From the human T2T-CHM13v2.0 reference genome, Homo sapiens, in the NCBI RefSeq assembly GCF_009914755.1, contig NC_060932.1: a stretch of 64,000 nucleotides of DNA; one strand, written 5' to 3'. A program made the position numbers and the translations under genes. The number at the start of each line of letters is the position of its first letter. The stretch's first letter is position 1. The notes beneath the pieces were generated by a model that was not told the origin of the DNA, searched no databases, and worked only from the letters and a program-made list of their open reading frames with translations. Below are positions 43,128 to 56,899 of this stretch, in pieces.

Positions 43128-44009
43128 CCTCTGGCTGTCCGCCTCTCTTCTACTGCCTTTCCTCCCTTCGTCACTCATCACTGCATTGCACTGGCATTGC
43201 TTATTCACGTCGACTGTCTTCACCAAACCATAAGACCTTCGATGTCCAGCTCTATGTTGGTCATCTGTGTCCCCGAATAATTAGCACAGCCCCTGGCACA
43301 TACATGGAACCCACAACTGTTTTGTGATTTAGGAGAGATTGGCAAAAGACTCCATTTCTGAAAATTTTTGCTTTTACTAAATAAATACGAATATGGATAA
43401 TGAAGCACTTAAGTAGAAGAAAAAAATACATTCAGTTTACCTACTAAAATACTCCAAAGTAAAGCCTCATTAATACAACCTACTTTGACTTAAGAACTGA
43501 TTATTATTTTAGCTGGACTGAAATTTACTGTGACAACTCATGTGGACAGAGTGTGCAGGAAACATGAAGAGCAGAGCCACCATGGTGAGGGAGAGAAGTA
43601 AGGAGGCTCCGCATTTGCCTGTTTCTCAAGAGTGAACTTCAAGGACCACAGAATGATTTTTACATGAAAAAGACTGTTACTTTCATAAATAAACATAATC
43701 GAAAGAAAATCTAATGCCCAGCCCAACACCTGGTCAATAGCTGGTCGGTGTTTATCACACCCAGCAGGCCACACCTGGATCTCACTGTACACTCTCCCAG
43801 AATCCACACTGAACACCACTCCTCCATGCCGTCCCTCACTCACTCAGCCCTTGCCAGGCAGCCAGGAAATACACAGGGCTTAACACATCCAGCTGGTATT
43901 TTAAGCAAAGAAATCTTCCCCTGATATTAGCTTTGGTTTTCCTTTTCACGTTTCCCCCTTTTTAATGCCAGTCTTAAGGTTCCTGAGAAAATGCATCGAG
44001 ACAAGAAAA

Positions 44010-44440
44010 AAAGGAGATAGCAGGGTGGTTAAGAGGACAGCTTTGGAGCTGGCAGATCTCAGTGAAATTCCAATCTTTTCACTTACTGGGGAATTATCTC
44101 CGAGTCTTGGTTTCCTTATCAATAAAAATAGTAATAGAACTTACTGGGTAATCATGAAGCTTAAATAAGGCAATGCATAAAAATTACTTAATAAATTTTA
44201 ACAATTATTATTCTCAGCATCAAAGACAGATTAGCATGATGGTTAAAAGCACGCATCATATTGCCTGAGTTTAAATCCCTGGTCTGCCACTTCCTAGCTA
44301 TTTTGGCAAATTACTTAACCTCTCGTGTCCTAGTGACCACTAAATGGAGTTCCTGGGACAATTATATGTGGAATACATTTAAAGTAATTAGGACAGTGCC
44401 TGACACAGAATAAGCTCTCAATAGACATTAGCTGTTATTA
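44010..44440 (+). mobile_element. two adjacent MIRs
   Basis: 'gtggttaagag..cagctttggag', 'aaatccctggtctgccacttcctagct', 'acagtgcctgacacaga.taagctctcaata'. Confidence 0.7.
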
Positions 44441-44750
44441 ACTACCGACACCTAGAAAAGAGTTCCTACACATCAAATTTTAAAATTTGGAAGGTGACAA
44501 CTGCTATGAATAAGCAATTTATAGAAAGAATATAAATAGCCAATAATATTAAAAGATGCTCAGCCTCATTCATTATTAACGGAATGCAAATTTAAAACAA
44601 TGATTTAGTTTTTAAACCAAGATTTTGTAAAAATTAAAAGAAGGGTAATATTATAGTGAGCAGAAAAATATGCACTCCCAATATATAGGTGATGGAAATG
44701 TAAATCTGCACATTTTTGAAAACTGCATGACATTATCTACCAAAAGTGCA

Positions 44751-45049
44751 GGCCAGCTGCTGTGGCTAACACCTGTAATCCCACAATTTTTGGGAGGCTG
44801 AGGGAGGAGGACTGCTTGAGCCCAGGAGTTCAACATCATCTTGGGCAACAAAACAAGATCCTGTCTCTACAAAAGATTTTATTTTTTAAATTAGCCAGGC
44901 TCGGTGGCATGCACCTATAGTCCCAGCTACTTGGGAGGCTGAGGCAGGAGTATCCCTCAAGCTGAGGAGTCCGAGGTTGCAGTAAGCTATGATCACGCCA
45001 CTCCACTCCAGCCTGGATGACAGAGTAAAAACCCTGTCTCAAAAAAAAA
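44751..45049 (+). mobile_element. AluJ
   Basis: Diverged dimer. Confidence 0.9.
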
Positions 45050-45051
45050 AT

Positions 45052-45348
45052 GGTGGGGTACAGTGGCTCATGCCTGTAATCTCAGCACTTTGGGAGGCCG
45101 AGGCAGGTGGATCACTTGAGGTCAGGAGTTCGAGACCAGCCTGGGAAACATGGTAAAACCCCATCTCTACTAAAAACACAAAAATTAGTTGAATGTGGTG
45201 GTGCATGCCTGTGATCCCAGCTACTCAGGTGGCTGAGGCACGAGAAACGCTTGAATCCAGGAGGTGGAGGTTACAGTGAGCTGAGATTGCACCACTGCAC
45301 TCCAGCTTGGGCAACACAGTGAGACTGTCTTTAAAAAAACAAAAAAAA
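45052..45348 (+). mobile_element. AluS inserted in the tail of the preceding Alu
   Basis: Full dimer; aaaagtg(c/t)a flanks the pair. Confidence 0.92.
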
Positions 45349-45725
45349 GTGTACAAACACATTCATTTGACTCGGCAGTTCCATCTCCAGAACTAAATCC
45401 AAAAGAAATATTCATCAAAGTGGGCAAACATATGTAAAAGAAACTAGAAACACCACCACATGGCCATCAATAGAGCACTGGTTAAATAAATAGCTCTACA
45501 CCAACACAGCGGAAAATAGCCATTAAAAAAAATACTGAATATCCACATATACAGAAATGAAAACATATTCACTATATATTAAGAATAAAGTTATAGACCA
45601 GTATAATATGTCATTTTTATTTTTAAATACAAAACAAAATTATACATCTATTTATTTATCTCTGTGCTTGCAAACATCTGAAAGATGCTAGTAACTATAT
45701 TTGGCAAATGTGTTATCTATATTAA

Positions 45726-46060
<335 letters not shown>

Positions 46061-46104
46061 CCACTTTTTATTTTTTACTTGTTTTTTAAAGAAAGTATAA
46101 GAAC

Positions 46105-46345
46105 AAAAATGGTTAAAAGCACAGATTCTACAGCCAACATTCTGGATTTGCATGTCTGCTACCTATCAGCAATGTGACCTCTACGCCTCAGTATTCCCAA
46201 CGTATAGCAAAGATACCTATATACTAACAGTAACAACAATAACATGTTATAGAGCTCTGGTGAGCATTAAATGAATTAAACAGAAAAATCTTAGAACAAT
46301 GTATAGCAGAGGGTAGGCACTATATGGGACATGTCCACTATTACT
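46105..46345 (+). mobile_element. MIR
   Basis: 'tggttaaaagcacagattct...gcctcagt...gtgagcattaaatga'. Confidence 0.65.
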
Positions 46346-47041
46346 AACCTTGAATAGCATTCTTAGAGAGATTACTTCAACCAAGCCATCCCATAGAAGC
46401 CCATCTAAAGTGACCAACAAAATTATCAGTAGACAATTGGCACAGCAAATACACTGGCTCTCGGTAGCCAATTAGCAACGTGAAGTATTAAAACCACCTG
46501 GCAACCTAGGATTTCGATTCTAGCTAGGCTTTCTCTTGTCCTCAACTTCCTCATCTGTTCAAAGGAGGAAGATGACTTAGGTAACTGACAAATCTAATAT
46601 CCTAATAGGATAACTTTACTGTTTAAATAATGATAGATCTTTATAGTTGCCTCAAAAATGTACTCCAGTCAGTAGATCCAGAACCTGAAACACAACTCCA
46701 TACTAACATACATGCTCCATAAGAGAGAAACTCCTTCAAAAACAGTCTCTTGGAATACACTGCAACAGAAAAGGACTTCCTCCATCTGAACATAATCCAA
46801 TTGCATTTCCCTACAAGCATACTGTAACTCACAGATTTCATTCATAGATAGTTTCCTCTCACCTATCCCACTGCCCACACCATAAATACAAATTAGTGAT
46901 ATTTTACTCTATATTCACCAAGACTCTATGGTTTCATAACCACAAGAAGAACAAGTAATTTTTTCCCGCCTGCTAAAAACTCAAATATACTGCACAGTGA
47001 AAAATGCCTCACATACACACAAACCAACATAAAACACTTAC

Positions 47042-47234
47042 ACGAAATGCTGCAAGAATGATTCTTGTTACTTTCTCTTTGACAGACTCCTGAAGGATAT
47101 CAGACAGAACTGGAATGATATTATAGCGCCGCAGGTGTTCACACATTTGAGGACTGAATGCCAGGAGCCATATTGAAAAAATCATTTGATACTGGAGCTG
47201 AAAGCCACACTTGTTACTCAACACTCCCATTATG
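47042..47234 (-). CDS. ATP6V1H: ATP6V1H exon (IMGVLSNKCGFQLQYQ...TRIILAAFR; probably exon 9)
   Basis: Inside track ORF 47009..47275. tttcAG|c ata atg ... ttt cgt|GTaagt; 193 nt, phase 2-0. Confidence 0.97.
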
Positions 47235-48014
47235 CTGAAAAACAAACAAACAAAAAAAACACATTTACAAAACATTTAGAAAGAAGAAATAAGCAATTAT
47301 TCTCTTTTTGCACTAATGGAACAGGTCTCTCTGAATTATGTCCTGTTTCTTTTCTGCCAGCAATAACAAGCAGCTAGATTGCTACTCACAGAGAACCATT
47401 TCCAGTACAGCTCCACTTAACCCTCTCTCCAAAAGTCACAGGATCTCAGGAAGCAGGAGCTCCTGCTGTGCGGCAAGAAGAAAGGGAACAAAGACTTGTA
47501 ATATGGCAACGGGAATGGAAAGAGCAATCGGACAGACAATAGAGCCAAATGTTACATGGAGATTTTGAGTCTGGGCAACCAATAAGACCACCGATAGCTT
47601 TAAAATAAAGGAAACAGAGAAAAGAAGGGAAGCGCTTGGTGAAAACCTGTGATGGGTTCAAATTTGACATAGCCAATTACTGAATTCGGGGGTCAGGAAA
47701 AACCTCAGTTTGATCAAGAGATCAAAAACCTCAGTTTGATCAAATTTCTAGTTTGATCTCTTACTTTACTGATAAGGAAACTAGGAAAATGACATGGACA
47801 TGAAGGAGGTTACACCAAGAGACAGAATATATACAATAGAAGAAAAGCTAAGGAAATTGCCCTGGGGAATACCTACATTCAAAGAATAGAGTTCAGAAAT
47901 CATCAAATAAAAAAAAAAACAGAAATCATCAAATAAGACCATTAAAAGTGACCTTCATATTGGAGCAGAGCCTACCATTTAAAAAGAAAAAAAGACCAAA
48001 GGGGTTAAGAGCTC

Positions 48015-48245
48015 GAAGACCATAGAATGTACAACACAAAGAGTGAGCCCTAATATAAGCTATGGAAACTTACTAATAAAAATCTATTAACATTGGATCA
48101 TCATTTGGAACAAATATACCATACTAATGCAAGATGTTAATGATAATGGAAATTTGAGGCGGGAGAGGAGAGGATGTAATGGAAACTCTCTGCACTTTTG
48201 GTTTTTCTGTAAAACTAAAGCTGCTCTAATAATATAAATGTTTAA
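48015..48245 (+). mobile_element. L1MC/MD 3' end
   Basis: 'catagaatgtacaacacaaagagtgagccctaat...aacaaatataccatactaatgcaagatgttaat'. Confidence 0.75.
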
Positions 48246-48507
48246 AATGCTAAGCCTGATTTTACAATCTAAACTTACTGTAACTTACTGAAAGGCTTTT
48301 ATCTGTGTCATTTCTTCATTTGTATGATTTGTATATAGTTCAGTTCACTAATTGTTTTTAATGTTCTCATGCATGGCTTTTGCCTTGTCTTCTCTATTTT
48401 TGGATGTTATGTAAAACTTGCTTTTTAATTAATATTGATATCAGTACATAAACTGCTATAAAATCATGTCACTTTATACTGTAAACACCCTAGTCCCTGG
48501 TTTCCTT

Positions 48508-49320
48508 TGCTGTCTGTTCCAGTTATTAAGCCAAGCCTTCTGCACTTGGCTTTGTGATGCTGTGGCTGAGACCCTGAAAACCACATTTCTGTTCTACCAG
48601 TTGGCTCCATGTTAGGCTATGCCAAGAACAGGAGCTAGAGGCTGACTTCAAGGAAGGAAGAACAGACTTCCTCCTGTTGGCTTCCTGATCCTGAGAGCAT
48701 TACCCCAGTAACACTCCTTCAACCCGGCAGCAGCAGTTCTTTCCCACAGCAGCAGCCAAATTCAGTTTGCAGTTTTTCCAGCTCTAGCAGAACAAGCCTC
48801 ATCACATTTCCTCAAAGATGTCAGCACTAGCCAACTGGCTCCCCTCCCCAGAGTCCTGGGTTCCAAATCCATGAGGCTTTTCCTCGGAGTTCAGAGACAC
48901 CAATATCAGCTGGGCAAAACCTCCTCCTCAAATGTCTAAATTTCAGCTGTACTCAGCCCCTCCTCCAAGCATGCAAATTTTAATGATTCCAGTCTCTTAC
49001 CATTGCCCACCTATTTTACATCACCCACCCCACCTTATGGGTGGTATCTGCACTCACTACCTTTCTGACACTCAAGAGTCATTTTTTTTTTTCCACTTTA
49101 AACAAAATTAGTGGTTGGGCATGGTGGCTCAAGCTGCTAATCCTAGCATTTTGGGAGGCCAGGGTGGGCGGATCTCTTGAGCCAGGAATTTGAGGCTAGC
49201 CTGAGCAACATGGCAAAACCCCATCTCTATCAAAAAAACATAACAATACCAAAAAATTTCCCAAAAAAATACAAAAAGGGCAAATGTGTACTTAGTTAAT
49301 AATTCTTCATATCAAATTAT
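48508..49320. mobile_element. ERVL LTR (LTR33/LTR41-like) with FLAM/Alu monomer at ~49112-49240
   Basis: 'ctttgtgatgctgtggctgagaccctgaaaaccacatttct...gttaggctatgccaa'. Confidence 0.6.
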
Positions 49321-49638
49321 ATTAAAATAAAAAAGAATGCCAATGGTAGTTTAATGGGAATAGCACTGCATCTATAAATTACTTTGGGCAGTAGAGGCAA
49401 TTACCCCCAGCAAAGGCCCACTTATAGCTCCAATATTTAGGAAGTTAATGTTAACCTTCAGACTTTCTTGTGAGGCTAACAATATATAGCACAATATAAT
49501 GTAAATTTTTCTATCTTACATAGGTATACAAATAAACAGTGTTGTATTATGTATATAATAGGCTTTTTAACAACAATAAAAAAGTCAGCAAACTATATAG
49601 ATTAAAATGTGCTGGGTTTTTTTAAGACCTCAGTTATC

Positions 49639-49923
49639 GGCCAGGCAAGGTGGCTCATGCCTATAATCCCAGCACTTTGGGAGGCCGAGGCAGGTGGATT
49701 ACGAGGTCAGGAGTTCAAGACCAGCCTGGCCAACATGGTGAAACCCCATCTCTACTAAAAATACAAAAATTAGCTGGGGGTAGTGACGCACACTTGTAAT
49801 CCTAGCTACTCAGGAGGCTGAGGCAGAATTATTTGAACCCAGGAGGCGGAGGTTGCAGTGAGCTGAGATTGCACCACTGCACTCCAGCCTGGGTGAGACT
49901 CTGTCTCAGAAAGGAAAAAAAAA
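49639..49923 (+). mobile_element. AluS
   Basis: Dimer; TSD aagacctcagttatc. Confidence 0.94.
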
Positions 49924-50003
49924 GACCTCAGTTATCTTCCTCTCTTCAAATGGGCTATACTTGAAAATTTTTCTCCTCACATTATTCCTATTTGCAATGT
50001 GAG

Positions 50004-50005
<2 letters not shown>

Positions 50006-50036
<31 letters not shown>
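50006..50036. repeat. (AC)n microsatellite
   Basis: Seen directly. Confidence 0.95.
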
Positions 50037-50038
<2 letters not shown>

Positions 50039-50506
50039 TTCAATGCTAAGCAAAAACTCAAAAAGTAGAAAGTACATATTTCTGAAAAAATGAAAAGATT
50101 AAATGACTTTTTGAAATTGCTATACTTTCAGCAAGTTATTATACTTTTATTAATGCCCATTTCTCCACCTAAAGGTTTATCTGATTACTGCTAATCTTAT
50201 TAGTGGTCATTAGCATATCAAAATATATTGGTTGAACATGAAATAGTCTAGATTATATTTATCCTGATCTTTTTGCTGCTAAATGGTTAACATTGCTGAA
50301 TGGTCTCTAAAATACTAAGGTACTAGCCATCAGAACAGCAGCATTTGTTGTACTCAGTATACCATGAGAGTTCAAAGGGACCAAATTTTGGTATTTGAGT
50401 TTATTTTATAAGCAATTATAACTATTTGTAGAGATTGCTATTTCATGACTTTGATTCTTTCTTACAGGTCCTCCATAGGGAGAAAAAAATCTAATTTTTG
50501 GTTAGT

Positions 50507-50569
50507 AGAATTAAAATTCATTTTATCTTACAATAACCCTAATTGTAAGATAAAATGAATTTTAATTCT
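50507..50569. repeat. perfect 28-bp inverted repeat with 7-nt spacer
   Basis: AGAATTAAAATTCATTTTATCTTACAAT-aacccta-ATTGTAAGATAAAATGAATTTTAATTCT. Confidence 0.97.
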
Positions 50570-50865
50570 GCCAAACAATTCTACTGGACTCTTTTATAAA
50601 CCACATATTATTGAATTTTAGTTGTCTTATGCTGTTTTATCATCCTATATATTATTTTATCATTATTCATTGATTATAACCAATTATACTAAGAAATCAA
50701 AGACTAAAATAATAAGAAAGTTAGAGATTGATGGAATCACCTAGGAAGATGATATAATAGTGAAATAAATAATTACCCTTTATTGCACTGCCCAAAATAC
50801 TGCATTATCTTTTATGGAGGTAAAAAGACTGGTAACACCATTTTTGTAGTTCACCTTTACGTTTC

Positions 50866-51742
50866 TGTGCAGAAAAGAGTTAACAGCAAAGTCCTAAGGC
50901 TGCTAGCCTCAGAAAGACGTGCTTACAAGGTTGGCCTTTGGCTGGCTTCTGGGAATTTGGCTGGTAAAGTTTCCTAAATTGATCAAACTAAACCATTTGT
51001 ACAAACATGTGGCTTATGCTGAATTCCTACTGCTATTGTCTAAATGTCTGTGTCCCTCCAAAATTCACATGTTCAAAGACTAACACCCAAGGTGATGGTA
51101 TTAGGAGGTGGGGCCTTTGGGAGGTGATTAGGTCATGAGGGCAGAGCACTCATGAATGGGATTAGTACCCTTCTAAAAGGGTCCTGAGAAAGACCCCTGT
51201 CCCCTCTGCCATCTGAGTTTACAGTGAAAAGATGGCCATTTATGAATGAGGAAACAGGCCCTCACCAGACACCAAATCTGCTAGTGCCTTCATCTTGGAC
51301 TTCCTGGCCTCCAGAAATGTGAGAAGTAAGTTTCCATTGTTTATAAGCCACCCAGTATTTTGTTAAAGCAGCCCAAATAGATTAAGACACCTACTTTATT
51401 TCAGGAGTCTGAAATTTTGGTGTGTTTTAGGCACAGTGTGTCTACATAACTAACTTCTAATAAAATCTTCAGAGCTGAGTCTCTGATGGGTTTCCGGGAC
51501 AGAAACCTCACACAAATGTTGCTGCATTTTCAATGCTGGGAGAAGATACCCTGTGCGACCCCTCTGGGAGGAAGAGAGCATAAGGGAGCCTGCACGTGGA
51601 TTCCTCCATACTCAGCCTGTGTCTTTGTCCCTTATGATACAGCTGTGCGTCCTCACTGTATCTCTGTAATAAATCTTATCTGTGAATAGAACTATATGCT
51701 ATGTCTGTGAGTCTTTCTAATGAATCTCCTGACAAGTGTGAA
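50866..51742 (+). mobile_element. MER68 LTR
   Basis: Starts tgtgcagaaaagagttaaca...aaggttggcctttggctggc; AATAAA near 51668. Confidence 0.8.
51031..51389 (+). mobile_element. MLT1A/MST-type MaLR LTR nested in MER68
   Basis: tgctattg...taagaca with 5-bp TSD cctac. Confidence 0.88.
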
Positions 51743-53193
51743 CACAGCTGAGAATTCAGAATTTTTTATTTTCTGCCCATAATAATGACCAACAGAGGAA
51801 AGTGTTTCACAATTATTAGATTATTCAGAAGATGAAAACAAAGAGATAGATTGCACTCTATTCTCTAACAATAATGGTGAAATGGGTCAAATAAGTGAAA
51901 TCTTAAACTGTGAGTCTCTAGATAGCTATATCATAAATGCATTTACTCAAACTCAGGAACTGATAAATGAGGAATATATTTCTAAGGACAAAAAGGAAAT
52001 ATAGTATTCTCAACTAGTTAGCCACTGAACATGAAAGACTTCCAGACAGTATTCTGCAGCAAGAACCTAGATCATTTCGCTCAAGGACATGTGATGATTT
52101 TCTGTAATCTTTTATGATATTTGTGTATCAAAATGTACTTTTTACAAAAAGGTTTGCTATATTTTAATTTTTATTGAAATTTCTAATAGTTGTTTTTCAC
52201 TCTCTTTATTCTTAGTTCCGTCAATTTTTCACAAAATGACTAAAAATATATTTTTAAAGGGTCTGTTGGACCCAGATGACAAACTGTGATGGCTATTTTT
52301 CCTGGCAAACTGAGGATTAAATAAACAAGAATGGACTGAAATTTTATAGATTAATAGAAAAATAATTAGTAACTTACTGAATTGATGGATATTGAATAGT
52401 TGTGACAATTCAAATAACAACTCACAAGAACAGCTATTCGCAGAAGTAACCCATTCTAAGAAATTGCATACAAATACTGACTGAAAAGACCTAGAATATT
52501 TGGGTCCCTTCACAGGTATATCCTACACTGGAGATACAGGGTAAGAGTCCAATGCTTGCTTTAAATCCTCACCCACCAAGCAACTTACTGTTGATAACCT
52601 AAACTCCTCTGTAGATTTTCTAACAGAGAAACAATGCCTTGCTAAATGAAAAGAATATTTGGTTTAAAAGCAGTTAGATCTCTCATGAACAAATAAATTG
52701 ATTTTCTGATGGTAAAACAAGATTTCCATTGTTTTGGAGGTTTTCAGGTGCTTGTCTGTATAAGCCTGAACAGGCAGCTCCTCAAAGTTTCTATACCTGC
52801 AAATTAGGATCCCACAAAGATTGGGCTAAATTATATGGCATTAGAAAGAAAGGCTTATATTCACTCTTTCCTGGGTAAGAACTTTTCTTGTTGATTTTTG
52901 CCTACATTCATCATCAATTATTTTCTAAAATTTTTTATATTCTGAGTACCTGGAATCTGTCTTGTTAAGCATTAGGTTCTTAAGAGGCCTTAACCTCTTA
53001 TAAAAGAACAGATCAAGCAAGGAAAGGGGCTCAGTTTGATAGTTACTAACTTCTAAAAAGCTTAGCATAGTCAATTGTTAAACAGATATGAAAAAAATAA
53101 AATATTTCTTTTAGATGATTACATATTTCTTTGAAAATGTCAAGGAGAGATGCTTGTAAATGTTATTTTACATTAAAAGGAAAGGGCACTCAC

Positions 53194-53291
53194 CAATTTA
53201 CCCCATCTGCTTCCACCCAAGCAAAGCGGTACTCATTGACCCGGAGCATCAGCTGCAAACACCCGGCCACGCACTGCACATACTGCGAACT
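53194..53291 (-). CDS. ATP6V1H: ATP6V1H exon (SSQYVQCVAGCLQLMLRVNEYRFAWVEADGVN; probably exon 8)
   Basis: cttgtgcAG|agt tcg cag ... gta aat tg|GTgagt; 98 nt, phase 0-2; translation matches subunit H. Confidence 0.96.
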
Positions 53292-53831
53292 CTGCACAAG
53301 AAGAAGTGTTGAGTTTTTAAATGGGAAGCATTTAAAGTCATGCGATCAGACACACATTTCTAAATGAAAAGTCAGATTACCTACTGGAATTACCATCTGA
53401 GCATCCAAAATTCCCTAATCTCTTTTCAAAAGTTAATCCTCATGTTTGCTTTAATCTCTACCTCTTAGAAATGAACAAGATTTTGTCTCCTGAATTAAAT
53501 CTACACAAGTCAAGACTACTTAACACACAGGGAAATCCGGAACAAAATAATTTATATTTGATACAGTTTGATAAATAAGCACACTGCCTTGCAATGTTTC
53601 ACATATCCCTGAATAAAGATACTATGTATAGAGAATACTGTTCCACATAATTACAGAACTATCAAAGAACAATAAAATTAACAAAAAGAAGAGTAAATAC
53701 TTCAAGATAGGCCTATATGTAAATGACCGTGGACAAGTTCCTGAACTTTTTCAATATGAAATTTCTTCATCCTCATGAGAAAAACACTGCCAAGCACCCT
53801 GAATATTGTTAGATTTAAGAAAAATAATTTA

Positions 53832-54150
<319 letters not shown>

Positions 54151-54449
54151 TTACAACACAGCTAGACAAACATAGGAACTCAATAAATAAAAACTTTATT
54201 TAAAAACCCATATGGCATATAAAAAGTCTGATTAAACACTTGAAAAAGACTATGATTTTTAAAACCATCAGTTCAATAACATTGTCCCTTAGAAATTGTG
54301 CTTAAACCTGAAACTTAAAATAAACAGGAGTAATACTCCCAGAAAGTTGCAAGCCCCTTCATTTTACCAAAGCTAGTGGGAACATCTGACCTGGGCTTTT
54401 CCTTAAATATGTACAATAAGCCTTAAGACTTTAAGAAGTAGAGAAAGGA

Positions 54450-54747
54450 GGCTGGGTGCGGTGGCTCACGCCTGTGATCCCAGCACTTTGGGAGGCCAAG
54501 GCGGGTGGATCACTTGAGCTCAGGAGTTCAAAACCAGCCTGGCCAACATGGCGAAACTCCATCTCTACTAAAAATACAAAAATTAGCCAGGTGTGGTGGC
54601 GTGCACCTGCAATCCCAGCTACTCAGGAGGCTGAGGCAGAAGAGTCACTTGAACCCAGGAGGCAGAGGTTGCAGTGAGCCAAGATCACGCCACTGCACTC
54701 TAGCCTGGGTGACAGAGTGAGACTCTATCTCAAAAAAAAAATAAAAA
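54450..54747 (+). mobile_element. AluS
   Basis: Full dimer. Confidence 0.94.
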
Positions 54748-55787
54748 CAGAAGAAGAAGAAGAGAAAGGAAAAGAAATTTCAGACAACAGCCTTCAAAAT
54801 GAACATGCTAATTTCAAAAAGAATTTCTTAAGGAAAGAATCACAGGTGTTATATAAATTCACAGAACCTAACATACATGATGCTACTAAACTTTGTTCCA
54901 ATTTAAATACCGTTCATAAAAACCTAACACTTCAGAGAAATTCCAGGCACTTTAATACAAAAACAAAACAATATAAGTACATTTGGTGGAATAGTCTAAT
55001 GTATCAAGAAAAGGTGATCTTGGGTTGTACCTAAAAAGCAGTTAATTTAGTTCCACAAAAACACAATATATCTAGTAATATAATTAGCCTGAAAACTCGA
55101 AACATTAGCAAAAATTAAAGACAGATAAATAGTGCATTTTCAGTTCTAAAACAACATTCCATAATGAAAAAATATTTTTTTTTCCAATTAAGTCATCAGG
55201 TAGAAACTTTTTCTAAAGAAGAGGAATCCCATCTTTCCTGCTTAGAGAGATAACCAAGCAAGATTTCTAGACAAATGAATAAAAAGGCAACAGAGAGCAC
55301 CCTCTTCTCTTCCATTTACCATCAGTTTCCTCTCATCACAAAAATTCTTTGTTTCAGGGTAAGTGTTTCTTTTCTGTGGCTACTCACCATGCTATGTTGA
55401 AATACATAACACACTACAAGGATGGATTCTTGGTTGTTATTTATAGCTTCAGTATTCCCATTACAAATGAGCATATAAAAAGTGCTGGTCCTAAATCTGA
55501 CATACTCTCTCCTATTGCACACTATCAGGCAGTAGCCATACCATTCCAGAGATTACTTTCATAGTATAGAGAGAAACAGCACTGGTAAATGATTAAATTA
55601 TTGCCTTCAATTACGCAAAGTAGAGTGCATTACTTCCTGGTCTTTCACTTAAATTGAAGTTAAAGATGAAATAAAAATTTCCCCTTTTATGATACCAACA
55701 GCGTATTATTATGATACTCATTTTTTCAGAAGAGGAATCCAAGACATAAAAAGGTGATATAATTTGCTGAAATGAAAATACTGAGTT

Positions 55788-56080
55788 GGCCAGGCACAGT
55801 GGCTCACACCTGTAACCCCAGCACTTTCGGAGGCCGAGGAGGGTAGATCACTTGAGGTCAGAAGTTTGAGACCAGCCTGGCCAACATGGCAAAGTCCTGT
55901 CTCTACTAAACATACAAAAAATAGCTGGGCAGGTGGCATGCACCTGTAGTCTCAGTTACTCAGGAGGGTCAGGCAGGAAAATCGCTTGAACCCAGGAGGT
56001 GGAAGTTGCAGTGAGCAGAGACGGCATCACTGAACTCCAGCCTGGGCAACAAAGTGACACCCTGTCTCAAAAAAAAGAAA
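55788..56080 (+). mobile_element. AluS
   Basis: Full dimer. Confidence 0.93.
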
Positions 56081-56899
56081 ATAGCGAGTTAATCTTAGAT
56101 TGGCAGTAGAAGTCAACTCTCTTCATGCTTGAGCTAGTATTCTTTGTACTGTGCCAAGCATTCTGAGCTAAGAACTTGCTACAACATGCACTTTCTATAC
56201 AGCAAACCTCAATGGCAGAGAAAAACACTATTTTCACTTCTCAACACATTTAAGAGAATGTCATTTAGATAAATTCTTCAATGTTGCTGAAAATGCAAGC
56301 TCTTACTATATTACAGTGAAAGTCACAACACAAAGATAATAGCAACTACAGTATTCACCTTCCTGGTGAATGTGGTCTCAGAGATCCATATACTACAGAA
56401 TTACAAATTCAGTAATTGAGGAACTGCAAAATAAGTATGCAATAAACGAAACATAAAAACATCAATGATACTGTATGTACAAAGTAAAACTAATGTTATA
56501 AAAATGTTTACAAATTTTCAATATTCATCTTCATAATGCTAGGATTTAAGTGCAAACTAAGTGAAAAAGAATAAAGACCGTATTCATCTACATTCTGGAA
56601 TTATCCGCACTTGAGAAAACAAGTCTGCTTGGAGTAAAAGGCATCTGTTCCACAGATTCATGGTGAAAATGCACAGCACATTGGTATCAGTGAACCACAA
56701 AGATGAACTTTTCAAACATACAATTGACTAAAATAAGTCCCAGAAAGCAGTTTTAAGTGAAATGAAAAGATGCTGATCAAAGTTCTAAAAGTAATTAATA
56801 TGTTTCATGACTATTAAACTTTTCTTTTTCTTTTAAAACTAAAAGGTGATTGTATATGTGTGTATGTGTGATTTTTGCTTCAATATAGACACTTAGAAA

